Shown here: positions 39,555 to 49,768 of the stretch, piece by piece
Layout of the letters: each line of letters starts with the position of its first letter
How positions within the stretch are numbered: position 1 is the stretch's first letter
Origin: Alphaproteobacteria bacterium
Lineage (GTDB): Bacteria; Pseudomonadota; Alphaproteobacteria; CAAHEQ01; UBA3637
NCBI GenBank assembly: GCA_045638265.1
Contig: JAZUBA010000044.1
Location: 62,082 to 126,081 of the forward strand
Reading direction: 5' to 3'
Length of the DNA stretch: 64,000 bases
Made by a program: the position numbers and the translations under genes
Notes under the pieces: generated by a model
Told to the model about the DNA's origin: nothing
The model's input: only the letters and a program-made list of their open reading frames with translations
Database searches by the model: none

Positions 39555-39936
39555 AATGATTAATTATACAAAACTTCCTGAATTTAATAAAGATTTTAAA
39601 TTATTACTAAAACGCTTTAAGTCTTTGGAAACAGATTTTGAGTATATGAAAAAATATACCATTGAGACCTTTTATGTAAAAGGAGAGCCAACAACAGCAT
39701 TTATTCCAATAGAAGGATTTTGTGATGAAAACTACACATCTAACAAAGTTAGAAAATTTTCATGTAGAACATTAAAAGGGCGAGGAGCAAAATCAGGGAT
39801 TAGAGTTGTTTTCGTATGGGAAGAAGAAAAACGGCTAATAACATTTGTTGAGATTTATTTTAAAGGGGACAAAGCAAATGAAGACCGAGAACGTTTGCAA
39901 GATTTTGTATCAAAAATCAATAATGAGCCATATTAA
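39520..39936 (+). CDS. RelE/ParE-like toxin
   Basis: EFNKDFKLLLKRF, KGRGAKSGIRVVF, FVEIYFKGDK. Overlaps the antitoxin stop; the true start is probably slightly downstream. Confidence 0.7.
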   Translation: MKILHYGSMKIKMINYTKLPEFNKDFKLLLKRFKSLETDFEYMKKYTIETFYVKGEPTTAFIPIEGFCDENYTSNKVRKFSCRTLKGRGAKSGIRVVFVWEEEKRLITFVEIYFKGDKANEDRERLQDFVSKINNEPY

Positions 39937-39947
39937 CAACAAAAAGG

Positions 39948-40727
39948 ATGAGTAGAATGTCTTTAACGGTTTTTATTGAAAACTTTACAACATCAACACA
40001 ATCTTCTACTACTGCATATGATTGGTGTAAAGATATCGTCATCCCTCTGGTTGGAACAATTGGTGTTCCCTTGGTTGTTTGGTTATTAACACGCCATTAT
40101 GGAGCAGATAAAGCAGAAGAACGTAAAGAAAAAAGAGAGTTGAGAGATAATTTAAACCTTTTGTTATCGGTATTATCAACAACATTTGATCCATTAATAG
40201 ATTTAAAAAAACAATTTCAGAAATTACAAGAGGTTATTTCTTTGCCTGAAAAAGAAATAGATTCCTCTGAAAATTTTAAACTAATAGGTACACGTTTTTA
40301 TTTAAATTTACCGATTTTGGATACCATTATTGTTGAAAAATATTCACCTTGTATAAAAGTAGAAGAAAATTATGTTATTGATATAATTAAAATAGTTCAA
40401 GGAAGTCACATTATTTCTGATTTGTTAAAAGAACGAAATCATCTCATAGAAGAATCTAGAAGTTGTGGTGATAATAAAAAGGATGCAATCAATTTAATAA
40501 AAGTTATAATTGAAGAACGCATGAATAATGAAAGAAGAATAATGTATTTTAATGAATTAATTTTAAAAATAAAAGAGTTGGTTGATAAAACAACATTGCT
40601 TCCTAAAAAAATCAAAGGATTAGATTTAAAGGTCCCTCCATACGAAGAGAATGTAAAACAAGAATTTGAAAAAGCGAAACAAGAATGGGAAGAATATAAT
40701 AAAAAATATCGGAGAATAAGTAAATGA
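39948..40727 (+). CDS. Hypothetical protein with one N-terminal TM
   Basis: IVIPLVGTIGVPLVVWLL followed by a helical domain. Confidence 0.6.
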   Translation: MSRMSLTVFIENFTTSTQSSTTAYDWCKDIVIPLVGTIGVPLVVWLLTRHYGADKAEERKEKRELRDNLNLLLSVLSTTFDPLIDLKKQFQKLQEVISLPEKEIDSSENFKLIGTRFYLNLPILDTIIVEKYSPCIKVEENYVIDIIKIVQGSHIISDLLKERNHLIEESRSCGDNKKDAINLIKVIIEERMNNERRIMYFNELILKIKELVDKTTLLPKKIKGLDLKVPPYEENVKQEFEKAKQEWEEYNKKYRRISK

Positions 40728-41398
40728 TGCATTGTATTCTATCTTGTTTAACAGATTTTAATATTACATTCGAAGGCATCGTTAAAACTATAGAGTTAAT
40801 ATTGCTTTTGGCTGGATGTATTATTGCAGGTATGGGACTAAAAACTTGGAGACAACAAGTTATTAATCAGCCCAAAATTGAATTAGCAAGAGAGATTGTT
40901 GAACAATTTTATAATATGCAAGATTTGATTAAGCGAGCAAGAGACCCGTTATTAACAATAGATATAGAAGATATCAAAAAACATTGTCAACTTCCTGATG
41001 ATGTAGATAGTTATCGATGTCTGTATTTAACTCCATATTGTCAAATTCAAATAGATTTTGAAATTGTAATAAAGTTTCAAAATTTAAAGAATAAAACAAA
41101 AATCTTCTTTAACAACAATCTTCAACAGTGTTTTAATGATATGATAGATATTGTTTATCAAATACGAAATAATTCTCGTATATTATACAGCTTATCGAAT
41201 AAGAATTGTTTGATGACAATGGCAAAAGATGTTAAAGAAAAGCTTAATGAAATAAAAGAACAAAATACTGAATATAAGGATGATGAAATCAATCAAAAAA
41301 TTAGTCAAATTTTAAATGAGGTTGAATATAATTTAAAACCAATTTATGAAACAAAAACAATCAAATGGAAAAAATTTAAACGTAAAACCAAAGGATAA
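40724..41398 (+). CDS. Hypothetical protein with one N-terminal TM
   Basis: LILLLAGCIIAGMGLKTWRQQ followed by a helical domain. Overlaps the upstream stop. Confidence 0.6.
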   Translation: MMHCILSCLTDFNITFEGIVKTIELILLLAGCIIAGMGLKTWRQQVINQPKIELAREIVEQFYNMQDLIKRARDPLLTIDIEDIKKHCQLPDDVDSYRCLYLTPYCQIQIDFEIVIKFQNLKNKTKIFFNNNLQQCFNDMIDIVYQIRNNSRILYSLSNKNCLMTMAKDVKEKLNEIKEQNTEYKDDEINQKISQILNEVEYNLKPIYETKTIKWKKFKRKTKG

Positions 41399-41403
41399 GA
41401 AAG

Positions 41404-43035
41404 ATGACAAATAAATTGACGAGATTAGAATTAACATGGCCGGGGAAGGAAGATAGATTTAATCCGGAACCTCGCATTTTGTTAGAAGATAAAGAAAAGT
41501 CATTTTCTTATGAACCTGATGTAACATCAGGGGGATTGTTTGAAGAACAAAAGGTCAAGCCAACTTATGACAATATGCTCATCCATGGGGATAATTTGTT
41601 GGCATTAAAGGCTTTGGAACAAGATTATACTGGTCAAATTAAATGTATATACATAGATCCACCATATAACACAGGCAACGCTTTTGAACATTATGATGAC
41701 GGCTTGGAACATTCTATTTGGCTATCATTAATGCGTGATAGATTGGAGATTTTAAGACGATTGTTGTCGGAAGATGGAAGTATTTGGATTTCATTAGATG
41801 ATAATGAACAAGCCTATTGTAAAGTGTTATGTGATGAGATTTTTGGTCGTGCAAATTTCGTAAATAATGTTATTTGGCAAAAAAAATTCTCTCCACAAAA
41901 TGATGCAAAATGGCTGTCAGACAATCATGATTTTATAATGGTTTATGCAAAAAATAAATTTGAATGGAAACCAAATTTACTTCCAAGAACAGATGAAATG
42001 AATGCTCGTTATAAAAATCCTGACAATGATCCAAGAGGACCTTGGACATCTGGTGATATTTCAGTTAAACGTATTACTGAAAAAGATATATACCCAATTA
42101 CAACACCTTCTGGGAGAGAGGTTATGCCCCCTGTTGGGACAAGTTGGAGATTAAGTAAAGAAACACTGGATAATATGATAAAAGATAACAGAATATGGTT
42201 TGGTCCCAAGGGAGATAGTGTTCCGAGAATTAAACGTTTTTTATCAGAAGTAAAAGATGGTATGACATCAATGACCATTTGGACACATCAAGAAGTTGGA
42301 CATAATCAAGATGCCAAAAAAGAAGTGATTGCTTTTAATTCTGTGAATGTTTTTGATACCCCAAAACCTGAGAAACTTATCAATAGAATTTTACATTTAG
42401 CAACAAATCCCGGCGACATCGTTCTTGATAGTTTTTTAGGTTCGGGAACAACTGCTGCTGTTGCTCATAAAATGGGAAGACGGTGGATTGGTGTAGAAAT
42501 GGGCGACCATGTCTATACGCATTGTTTACCAAGACTTCAAAAGGTTATTAAAGGCGAAGATGCCGGCGGTGTTACCAAAGCAACCGGTTGGACTTGTGGT
42601 GGTGGGTTCAAATTCTATGAATTAGCATCTTCTTTAATCGTCAAAGATTCTTTTGGTATGGATATTATTTCCCCCGAATATAATGCCGATATGCTCGCCG
42701 AAGCCATGTGCAAGGTTTTGGGATATCATTACAAACCCGATACAGAAAAGTATTGGAAACAAGGCTATTCATCTGAAAAGAGTTTTATCTATACCACAAC
42801 AATGGGCTTACAAGAAACTTCTTTAGCCAAGATTGCCGAAGAAGTGGGGGATAATAACCTGTTAATCTGTTGTAAAGCCTTTATGGGCAATCCAAACAAC
42901 TATCCGAACATAACAGTTAAAAAGATTCCAACAGCCATTTTATCTAAATGCGAATGGGGTCGTGCAGGATATCCACTTAACCTCAAAGACTACACCCCAA
43001 AAGATGATGACTTTGAATTTGATGAAGGAGAATAA
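41404..43035 (+). CDS. mod: Type III RM Mod subunit (N6-adenine methyltransferase)
   Basis: IHGDNL, IYIDPPYNTG, TPKPE, LDSFLGSGTT. Confidence 0.92.
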   Translation: MTNKLTRLELTWPGKEDRFNPEPRILLEDKEKSFSYEPDVTSGGLFEEQKVKPTYDNMLIHGDNLLALKALEQDYTGQIKCIYIDPPYNTGNAFEHYDDGLEHSIWLSLMRDRLEILRRLLSEDGSIWISLDDNEQAYCKVLCDEIFGRANFVNNVIWQKKFSPQNDAKWLSDNHDFIMVYAKNKFEWKPNLLPRTDEMNARYKNPDNDPRGPWTSGDISVKRITEKDIYPITTPSGREVMPPVGTSWRLSKETLDNMIKDNRIWFGPKGDSVPRIKRFLSEVKDGMTSMTIWTHQEVGHNQDAKKEVIAFNSVNVFDTPKPEKLINRILHLATNPGDIVLDSFLGSGTTAAVAHKMGRRWIGVEMGDHVYTHCLPRLQKVIKGEDAGGVTKATGWTCGGGFKFYELASSLIVKDSFGMDIISPEYNADMLAEAMCKVLGYHYKPDTEKYWKQGYSSEKSFIYTTTMGLQETSLAKIAEEVGDNNLLICCKAFMGNPNNYPNITVKKIPTAILSKCEWGRAGYPLNLKDYTPKDDDFEFDEGE

Positions 43036-44485
43036 TTATTTAATGAAATTATGTACTTTAACTGTTGCTGATCATTTTAACATTTCTTCGGATTTATTTG
43101 AAAAGAAAGGAATATTTAATCCTACATTAAAACAAGATGCTCCACTATTTATAGATCCATGTTTGTTAAAAAGTAGTAAATATGAAGAATTTAAAAATGA
43201 GGCAAAAGAACAATATCATGATTTCTTTAATCAAGTTATACTTGATACACAGTTTGCTCAAACATTGAACCAAACTGATAAATCTAAAGCGTATGAAAAT
43301 ATTATAAAAAGATTTAGATGCAAAGAGCAAAAAGGCTTATGTTTGGGCTATGCCCAAAACAATAATAAAGGACGTGGAATTGGACAATCTAAAGCAACAC
43401 AAATATTTTATGCGGCAGAACATTTAATAATTCAAGGATTGTCTAATAAAAATATTTTTTCTTTGTTATGTGTCTTAGAAGATAATATTGGAGCCGATTT
43501 AATAAGTGATATGACAGCACATATCATAAGACATTCTTTGTATAAATTTACTCAAAGAATGTCTAAGGAATTAAATATTCCTGTATCTGCAATCCGTATA
43601 GATGGACAAATATACTTTCTTCCAAAACACCCTATTGAAAACACTCCACTGTTGTTGTTGCCATATGACATTTTATCTACATTACCTGAAATAAGTAAAA
43701 CGGAAACTTTTTTTAAAAACTTTTGTTCATTAGATCATTCTAATGATGTTGTTAAAATGAGAGTTAATAAATATATTTCAGAGATTTTTCAAAATGCAAG
43801 GGATAATAAGGTTGCATTATCAAAAGTGAAAGAAGAACTGAGAGACTATATATATGATGATTCTGAAGTAGCAAGAATATTAGCTGAACATATCTCAACA
43901 ATATCAGGAAATTCATATAATGTTAAAAAAGATGAGTTTGGTCTCTTGAATCCTATAAAGGTGCAGAAGTATGTAAAAAAAGAAGATATGCTTACTTCTG
44001 AAACAAATTCAGAAAAAGTTATTGATTTGCTTGTTAATTTCTTTAGCAAAAAGGTTAGTAGTGATACTGAATTAAAAAGAAACCTTTTATACGATAATGG
44101 GAAACCTAAAACTGAGAAAGCATGGCAATCTGCTTTTAATCTATTTGCATATATGTTTTTAGAATTTAATAATTTAGATATTTCAGCAGAAGCTCCAACA
44201 GGTAGAGGACCTGTTGATTTTAAAATTTCTCGTGGAAGTCAAGAACGTTATTTAATTGAAATAAAATTATCTACCAATTCACAATATAAAAAAGGTTTAA
44301 CAAAACAGTTAGAGGCTTATAAAAAAGCAACGAATAATGTTAAGAAAGCTTATTATATATATATTGATTTTGAAGATAATGACACCAAACGAAATGAATT
44401 GCTTGCAATTAAAAATGAATTGCAAATAAATTCAGAAATTGTTTTTGTTGATGGTCGTATTTTACCTTCTGCTAGCAACTTATAA
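42962..44485 (+). CDS. Hypothetical protein with C-terminal PD-(D/E)XK nuclease-like motif
   Basis: DAPLFIDP near the N-terminus; EAPTGRGPVDF...LIEIKLSTN...QLEAY at the C-terminus. True start probably 43022 or 43043. Confidence 0.6.
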   Translation: MQDIHLTSKTTPQKMMTLNLMKENNYLMKLCTLTVADHFNISSDLFEKKGIFNPTLKQDAPLFIDPCLLKSSKYEEFKNEAKEQYHDFFNQVILDTQFAQTLNQTDKSKAYENIIKRFRCKEQKGLCLGYAQNNNKGRGIGQSKATQIFYAAEHLIIQGLSNKNIFSLLCVLEDNIGADLISDMTAHIIRHSLYKFTQRMSKELNIPVSAIRIDGQIYFLPKHPIENTPLLLLPYDILSTLPEISKTETFFKNFCSLDHSNDVVKMRVNKYISEIFQNARDNKVALSKVKEELRDYIYDDSEVARILAEHISTISGNSYNVKKDEFGLLNPIKVQKYVKKEDMLTSETNSEKVIDLLVNFFSKKVSSDTELKRNLLYDNGKPKTEKAWQSAFNLFAYMFLEFNNLDISAEAPTGRGPVDFKISRGSQERYLIEIKLSTNSQYKKGLTKQLEAYKKATNNVKKAYYIYIDFEDNDTKRNELLAIKNELQINSEIVFVDGRILPSASNL

Positions 44486-44491
44486 TAACTA

Positions 44492-47386
44492 TCACACACT
44501 CCACGATACATCAAACACATCCGCAACAGAATGAACAAGTTTAAGACTTCGTTTCTTACCACCGATTAAACGATTACATTTCTTTTCAAGTTCTCGTTCT
44601 GTGTCAAATGTATTGAATTCGTTGCTGTTCATTTGATTTTCTAACTCTTTGATTTCGGCTTTTAATTTCAGCTTTGCCTCAAAATCCTTTTCCATCTTAA
44701 ATTGTCTTTTAAGGCTTGTAATCTTATTCTTTGCTTTTTCTCCTTTTAAATGTATGGCTTGTTTTTCATCAATCAACCAACGATTGAGTTTATCCACTTC
44801 CTCTTTTAAAATCATATCAATCCGTTTTTGTTGGGACTTTTCATATTTTTTGATGTTTTGTTCTTGGACTTGGCTCAGATAATCCTTGTATCCAATGGTA
44901 GAGGTGTCTTGAACTTCTTTAATATTATCAAAAATCTCTGATGCTGGAATTTTTAATAATCCTCCAGTTTCTCCAATAACTGTTGATATTAAATAATTCA
45001 CTTCTTCCGGAGCCGTCATTTTATAAAGAGATAATTTTAACCGTCCTTTCAATCCGGTGGTTAATTTTTCTGTTTGATTTAGGATTAAATGAACGTGATT
45101 CAGAGAACAGTCTTGTGCTTCACTTAAAATCTTTTTTCCATATTGTGTATCAGGATTGTATGAAGTCGGAGCACGTTTTAAGGCTTTTCTATCAATTGGC
45201 ATCATCATATATTTAGGGATTTCAAGTTCTCGTTTATTAAAATCCAATTTAAAATTAAAATTGTGTCCGTATTTTTTGTCTTCATCGTATATGTCAAATA
45301 CTTGATCTTCAAACGGACCGAATTTTTTACTCTGTTCATTGATAAACATATCCGGATGGTTTTTCTTTAACATAATAACTGTTAAATCCCAAAAGATTTG
45401 TTTCCGTCTTTCTAAATAATCTTCAACTTGTTGTTGGCGAAGATGAAGTTTTTCTTGTGTTGTAGGCGTTAAATTTTCCAAAACAAGTTGTTTGGCTTCT
45501 TCTAATTTTTCTTCTCTTTTAACACCCAGTTTTTCTTGTAATTCATCAAAAGCACGATTGATTTCTTCTGTTGTTCGGCAAAGTTCAAAAATGGAGGCAA
45601 CGGCTTTTTCAAAATCAACGCCATCTGAGAGTGTTCCCAAAATCTCATCACTTGCTCCGAATACACCATCAAACAACTTAAATTTGTGTTGCAAAATGTC
45701 ATAAAGTCTTACATCAGCAACATTTTTCTTGTTAATAAAGTTAATGATAACAACATCAGACTTTTGACCGTACCGATGAACACGCCCAATTCGTTGTTCC
45801 ACTCTTTGAGGATTCCAAGGCAAGTCATAATTGACCAAAAGAGAACAGAACTGCAAGTTTAAACCCTCAGCAGCAGCCTCTGTTGCAATCATAATCTCGG
45901 CATTTTCTTTAAAAGCATTTACAAGTGCTTTTTTCATGTCATTTGTTCGAGAACCTGTTAAATCTGATGAATGATTTTCCACAAAATCACTGTATATTTG
46001 ATTGCACAGTGGAGAATTGTTTTGACCATTAAATGTAACGATTTTATCTTTAAAGCCGTTATTTGACAGGTAATTAAACAAATAATTCAATGTTCTGTTG
46101 CTTTCTGTAAAGATAATAGCCTTTCTTTGCCCGCCTTTGGCTTGTATCTTATCAAACCCTTGATTAAGGGCTTCAATCAATTTTTCAGTCTTTCCATCAA
46201 CTTTGATTTCAGATGCTAAATCTATCAGTTGTTGTAAGCATTTCTTTTCCCATTCAATGTTTTGCAATAAAGGTTTTTGTTTAAAATAAAGTTGTTGTTT
46301 TATCGGATATTCGGTTGTTTCGGCATATTCTCTTAAAATATCTTCATCTTTGATAATATCGCTTAAATCATCTATATCTGCCTGAACTTGTTCTATCCGA
46401 TTTAATCTGTTCATTAGTCCTTCAAGAGTACCTTTAACAGCAGATGTAGATGAACTCATTAATTTGCGTATCATTAAAACAATCAATGTTCTAAATCGAG
46501 TTGTAATGGCAATTTGTGAGACTTCTTGAATGTATTTTGAAACGGCATAATATAATGTTTCTTCGGCAGGAGTCGGGTTAAAAGCAACCGTCATTGCTTC
46601 ACGATTGGTATATTTAATGTATTCTAAAACATCTTTTCTTAAAGTGCGATGTAAAACACATTTCAACCGTTCTTTTAGTTCCTGATGGTGTCTTTCCGAA
46701 TACAAATAGTTTTCCATAAAAGAATATTGATTGCCCAAAATGCTTGTATCAATAACACTGACAAGTGAAAATATATCCATCAATGAGTTTTGTATCGGTG
46801 TTGCTGTTAATAATAGTTTCTTTCGATTTTCAAATGTTTTATATATCCCTTCGGCTATTTGTGTTTTACCCTTGTAAAGATTTCTTAATTTATGGGCTTC
46901 ATCTATAACAACTAAATGCCAATCTTTATTTTTCATTTGTTTTTTTAATTGAAGAACACAATTATATGAGCAAATTGAGACACCTTTAAATTGAAACAAA
47001 TCTTTGTTTTCTTTTAATGCTAAATCATAAAGTTTTGTATCTATAATTTGCGTTGGCAAATCAAACTTGTCTTGCATTTCAACCTGCCATTGAGCACAAA
47101 GACTTGCTGGAGCAACAACTATGACGGATGTCCAACCACGTGAAAAGTATTCAGAAATGACAAGACCTGCTTCAATTGTCTTACCAAGACCAACTTCATC
47201 AGCCAAAATAACACCTTGTGATACAGGGGAGTTCAAAGCGAACAAGGCCGCTTCAATTTGATGAGGATTTAAATCAATTTTGGAGGTTTCCAAAGAACCG
47301 GACAAATTGGCAATGTCCGATTGGTTGGAAGATGAAATTATCTCCAATGCCCAATATTTTGCTTTGATTTCTTCTGCGTTTAACAT
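44492..47386 (-). CDS. SNF2/RapA-family helicase
   Basis: LADEVGLGKT, IDEAH, LTATPIQN, EGLNLQ, DLPWNPQRVEQRIGRVHRYGQ. Confidence 0.9.
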   Translation of the reverse strand: MLNAEEIKAKYWALEIISSSNQSDIANLSGSLETSKIDLNPHQIEAALFALNSPVSQGVILADEVGLGKTIEAGLVISEYFSRGWTSVIVVAPASLCAQWQVEMQDKFDLPTQIIDTKLYDLALKENKDLFQFKGVSICSYNCVLQLKKQMKNKDWHLVVIDEAHKLRNLYKGKTQIAEGIYKTFENRKKLLLTATPIQNSLMDIFSLVSVIDTSILGNQYSFMENYLYSERHHQELKERLKCVLHRTLRKDVLEYIKYTNREAMTVAFNPTPAEETLYYAVSKYIQEVSQIAITTRFRTLIVLMIRKLMSSSTSAVKGTLEGLMNRLNRIEQVQADIDDLSDIIKDEDILREYAETTEYPIKQQLYFKQKPLLQNIEWEKKCLQQLIDLASEIKVDGKTEKLIEALNQGFDKIQAKGGQRKAIIFTESNRTLNYLFNYLSNNGFKDKIVTFNGQNNSPLCNQIYSDFVENHSSDLTGSRTNDMKKALVNAFKENAEIMIATEAAAEGLNLQFCSLLVNYDLPWNPQRVEQRIGRVHRYGQKSDVVIINFINKKNVADVRLYDILQHKFKLFDGVFGASDEILGTLSDGVDFEKAVASIFELCRTTEEINRAFDELQEKLGVKREEKLEEAKQLVLENLTPTTQEKLHLRQQQVEDYLERRKQIFWDLTVIMLKKNHPDMFINEQSKKFGPFEDQVFDIYDEDKKYGHNFNFKLDFNKRELEIPKYMMMPIDRKALKRAPTSYNPDTQYGKKILSEAQDCSLNHVHLILNQTEKLTTGLKGRLKLSLYKMTAPEEVNYLISTVIGETGGLLKIPASEIFDNIKEVQDTSTIGYKDYLSQVQEQNIKKYEKSQQKRIDMILKEEVDKLNRWLIDEKQAIHLKGEKAKNKITSLKRQFKMEKDFEAKLKLKAEIKELENQMNSNEFNTFDTERELEKKCNRLIGGKKRSLKLVHSVADVFDVSWSV

Positions 47387-47605
47387 GTGTTTATATTATG
47401 ATATTTCTTTTAGTTTGACAAGAAATAAACAATTACGCCAATATTTATTTTTTATTTCAATAAAAACATCTTTAAATTCTGAGTTAATTATCCTTGCGAC
47501 CCTTGTTATTTATAAAATTTTAATATAAAATATTTTCATTATATTACAGATAGGGATAAATATAATTAAATATCATTTAAATTTCAAGCAGATAAGGAGA
47601 CTAAA

Positions 47606-48778
47606 ATGAGAAAACAAAAAATAACAATTATTACATCAGATCAAAAAATTGACTTTAATGTAGAAAATCCACGAACAGATGAAGATGAAAAAGTTTTAGC
47701 CGAAAAGAAAGAACTTCCTGAAAAATATGGTATAATTCATTCCCCTAAAACAAGTTATGAAGATATTGCTACATCTGACTTGAATTTTCCGGTTGATGTT
47801 ATTTTTGTAAATTCATTTGGGGATATTTTAAAAATTATACATAATGCTGATCCTGTGGTTAAGAAATCATATAAATGTGATCATTGTTGGGCTATTTTAG
47901 AAATAAAGGCAGGAGATTGCAAAAAGTTTGGGATACAAGAAGAAGACAGTGTTATATCTTCAAAATTTCATCTATCTTCGGACAATGCTTACTATGACCA
48001 AGGGATAATGTTTAAAAAATTAAACTCCCGAACAATTAATAACATCAACCTAGATGATATTGCATTTTTTACCTACGCAGAAGAAGGGGCTATGGGATGG
48101 GCTAAATCTATATTTATGTTTTTAAAAAATGAAAACGGTATTGAAAAATATGGAATTTCCGACTTCAAGATACTTGAAAAAGACGGGAAAAGTATTGAGC
48201 AATTCTTTGAACCAATAAAAAATCATGATGACATACAGGTTGTTCTACCAACTCCAACTATTGATGAAAAGGGTTTTAAAACATTTGATATTTCCGATAT
48301 CATTGTAATTAAAAAAAACGGGAAAAATTCATCTGATAACGAACAAAGCAATTGGGAATATTACTCTCTTGGCATGGGAAATCACTTGTATGTAAAAAAA
48401 GAATATGATATGCAATTCCAAGAGGAACTCATCAAAGAAGGAATATCCGATGAATCGTCTTTGTATAACATTTGGGGAAGACTTGCCTATAAGATCTTAA
48501 CAAATAAATGCGATCAAAAAAAGATAGAAAACAGAGAGTATTGGGTCAAGCAAAAGTATTATGGTATAAATACTATCAATGTAACAAAAGTCTTGGATGA
48601 AAAATGGTGGGAAACAATAGAATTAGATGAATTCATTTTAATGGCAGACGATGATGATTATTTTAGAATTCAGTATCAAAATACCGAAGAAACGATTTTA
48701 GATTTTGCGATTAAACATTGTCAAAACAAAGATGTTCTGGCTGCATTAAAATACAAGGTAGAAAAAGATATTTTATAA
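47606..48778 (+). CDS. Hypothetical multidomain protein with degenerate DUF192-like N-terminus
   Basis: FPVDVIFVN...IIHNADP...AILEIKAG resembles DUF192. Confidence 0.45.
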   Translation: MRKQKITIITSDQKIDFNVENPRTDEDEKVLAEKKELPEKYGIIHSPKTSYEDIATSDLNFPVDVIFVNSFGDILKIIHNADPVVKKSYKCDHCWAILEIKAGDCKKFGIQEEDSVISSKFHLSSDNAYYDQGIMFKKLNSRTINNINLDDIAFFTYAEEGAMGWAKSIFMFLKNENGIEKYGISDFKILEKDGKSIEQFFEPIKNHDDIQVVLPTPTIDEKGFKTFDISDIIVIKKNGKNSSDNEQSNWEYYSLGMGNHLYVKKEYDMQFQEELIKEGISDESSLYNIWGRLAYKILTNKCDQKKIENREYWVKQKYYGINTINVTKVLDEKWWETIELDEFILMADDDDYFRIQYQNTEETILDFAIKHCQNKDVLAALKYKVEKDIL

Positions 48779-48840
48779 TTTTAATGTTTTATGGTTGTAT
48801 GAAATAAAAAGGAATGAAAAATACAGATTAACAGTTTTTC

Positions 48841-49437
48841 TTACCCAACCAATGCCTCTAATGCCTGTTTGATATTTTGAGGGTTGGACCGATAATAAAT
48901 AGATAATGTGTTAATACTGGCATGACCAGATATTTCTTGTATCAATGCTAATGGAAAATTTTTATTCATTAAATTTGTTAAGCAAGTCGCACGTAATGAA
49001 TGAACTCTATATTGTTTATCCAGTCCAACCCCATCAAAAATTGTTCTGAATATATGGATAATTTGTTGTTTTGAGAGATAAGCCCCTTTGTTTGATTTAA
49101 ATAAATAATCATCTGAACGGTAAGGAATGTGAGCTAATTTTTTAGCGTATTTTTTCAACTCATCTTTTAATTTGCTATTAATATATACTTGTAACTCTTT
49201 TTTATTCCCTTTATTTTGCTCCGGTTGAAGTAAAAAAGAATCAACAGGCGTATAATCTTTTTTATACACTTGTCCAATCGTCAATTTTTGAATGCTGTGT
49301 ATTCTTAATGCTGTCATAAGCATAAAATAAAACATCAATCTGTTTCGGGAAGCATTTATTCCCATTTCTGCATCAATATAATGAATGCAGTTTTTAACAT
49401 CCGTATCTGAAAGTAATTTTGCTCTTCCTTTTTTCAT
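48841..49437 (-). CDS. Small tyrosine recombinase (catalytic domain only)
   Basis: TALRI, HSLRAT, SGHASINTLSIY. 198 aa. Confidence 0.85.
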   Translation of the reverse strand: MKKGRAKLLSDTDVKNCIHYIDAEMGINASRNRLMFYFMLMTALRIHSIQKLTIGQVYKKDYTPVDSFLLQPEQNKGNKKELQVYINSKLKDELKKYAKKLAHIPYRSDDYLFKSNKGAYLSKQQIIHIFRTIFDGVGLDKQYRVHSLRATCLTNLMNKNFPLALIQEISGHASINTLSIYYRSNPQNIKQALEALVG

Positions 49438-49768
49438 TATAAGCTCCTTTTATAATATTCATTAAAGTATATAAAAATATTATAAATGAAAACAAAATCT
49501 AAAGCAAGGAAAAATCGATTTTGAAAACATATTGAATCATAATGCTTTTTACAAAAAATATTCATTTTTGTATGTTTGTAAAGATTTTGTCTTTAAGGTT
49601 GAAAAAGATATAAATTTTAATGTTTTGTGGTTGTGGATGTGATATTATTTTATAGGTAAAAAATAAAAATTAAAACAATGTTAATAAAATTTCTTTTATA
49701 AAAGAAAAACAGCTTGATTTTAGTTTAAATTTCTCCTATAATATATTTATAAAGAAAAAGGAGTTAGT

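Noticed and set aside
44492-47386. SNF2 helicase as DISARM DrmD
   Set aside because: No recognisable drmA/drmB/drmC in the island.
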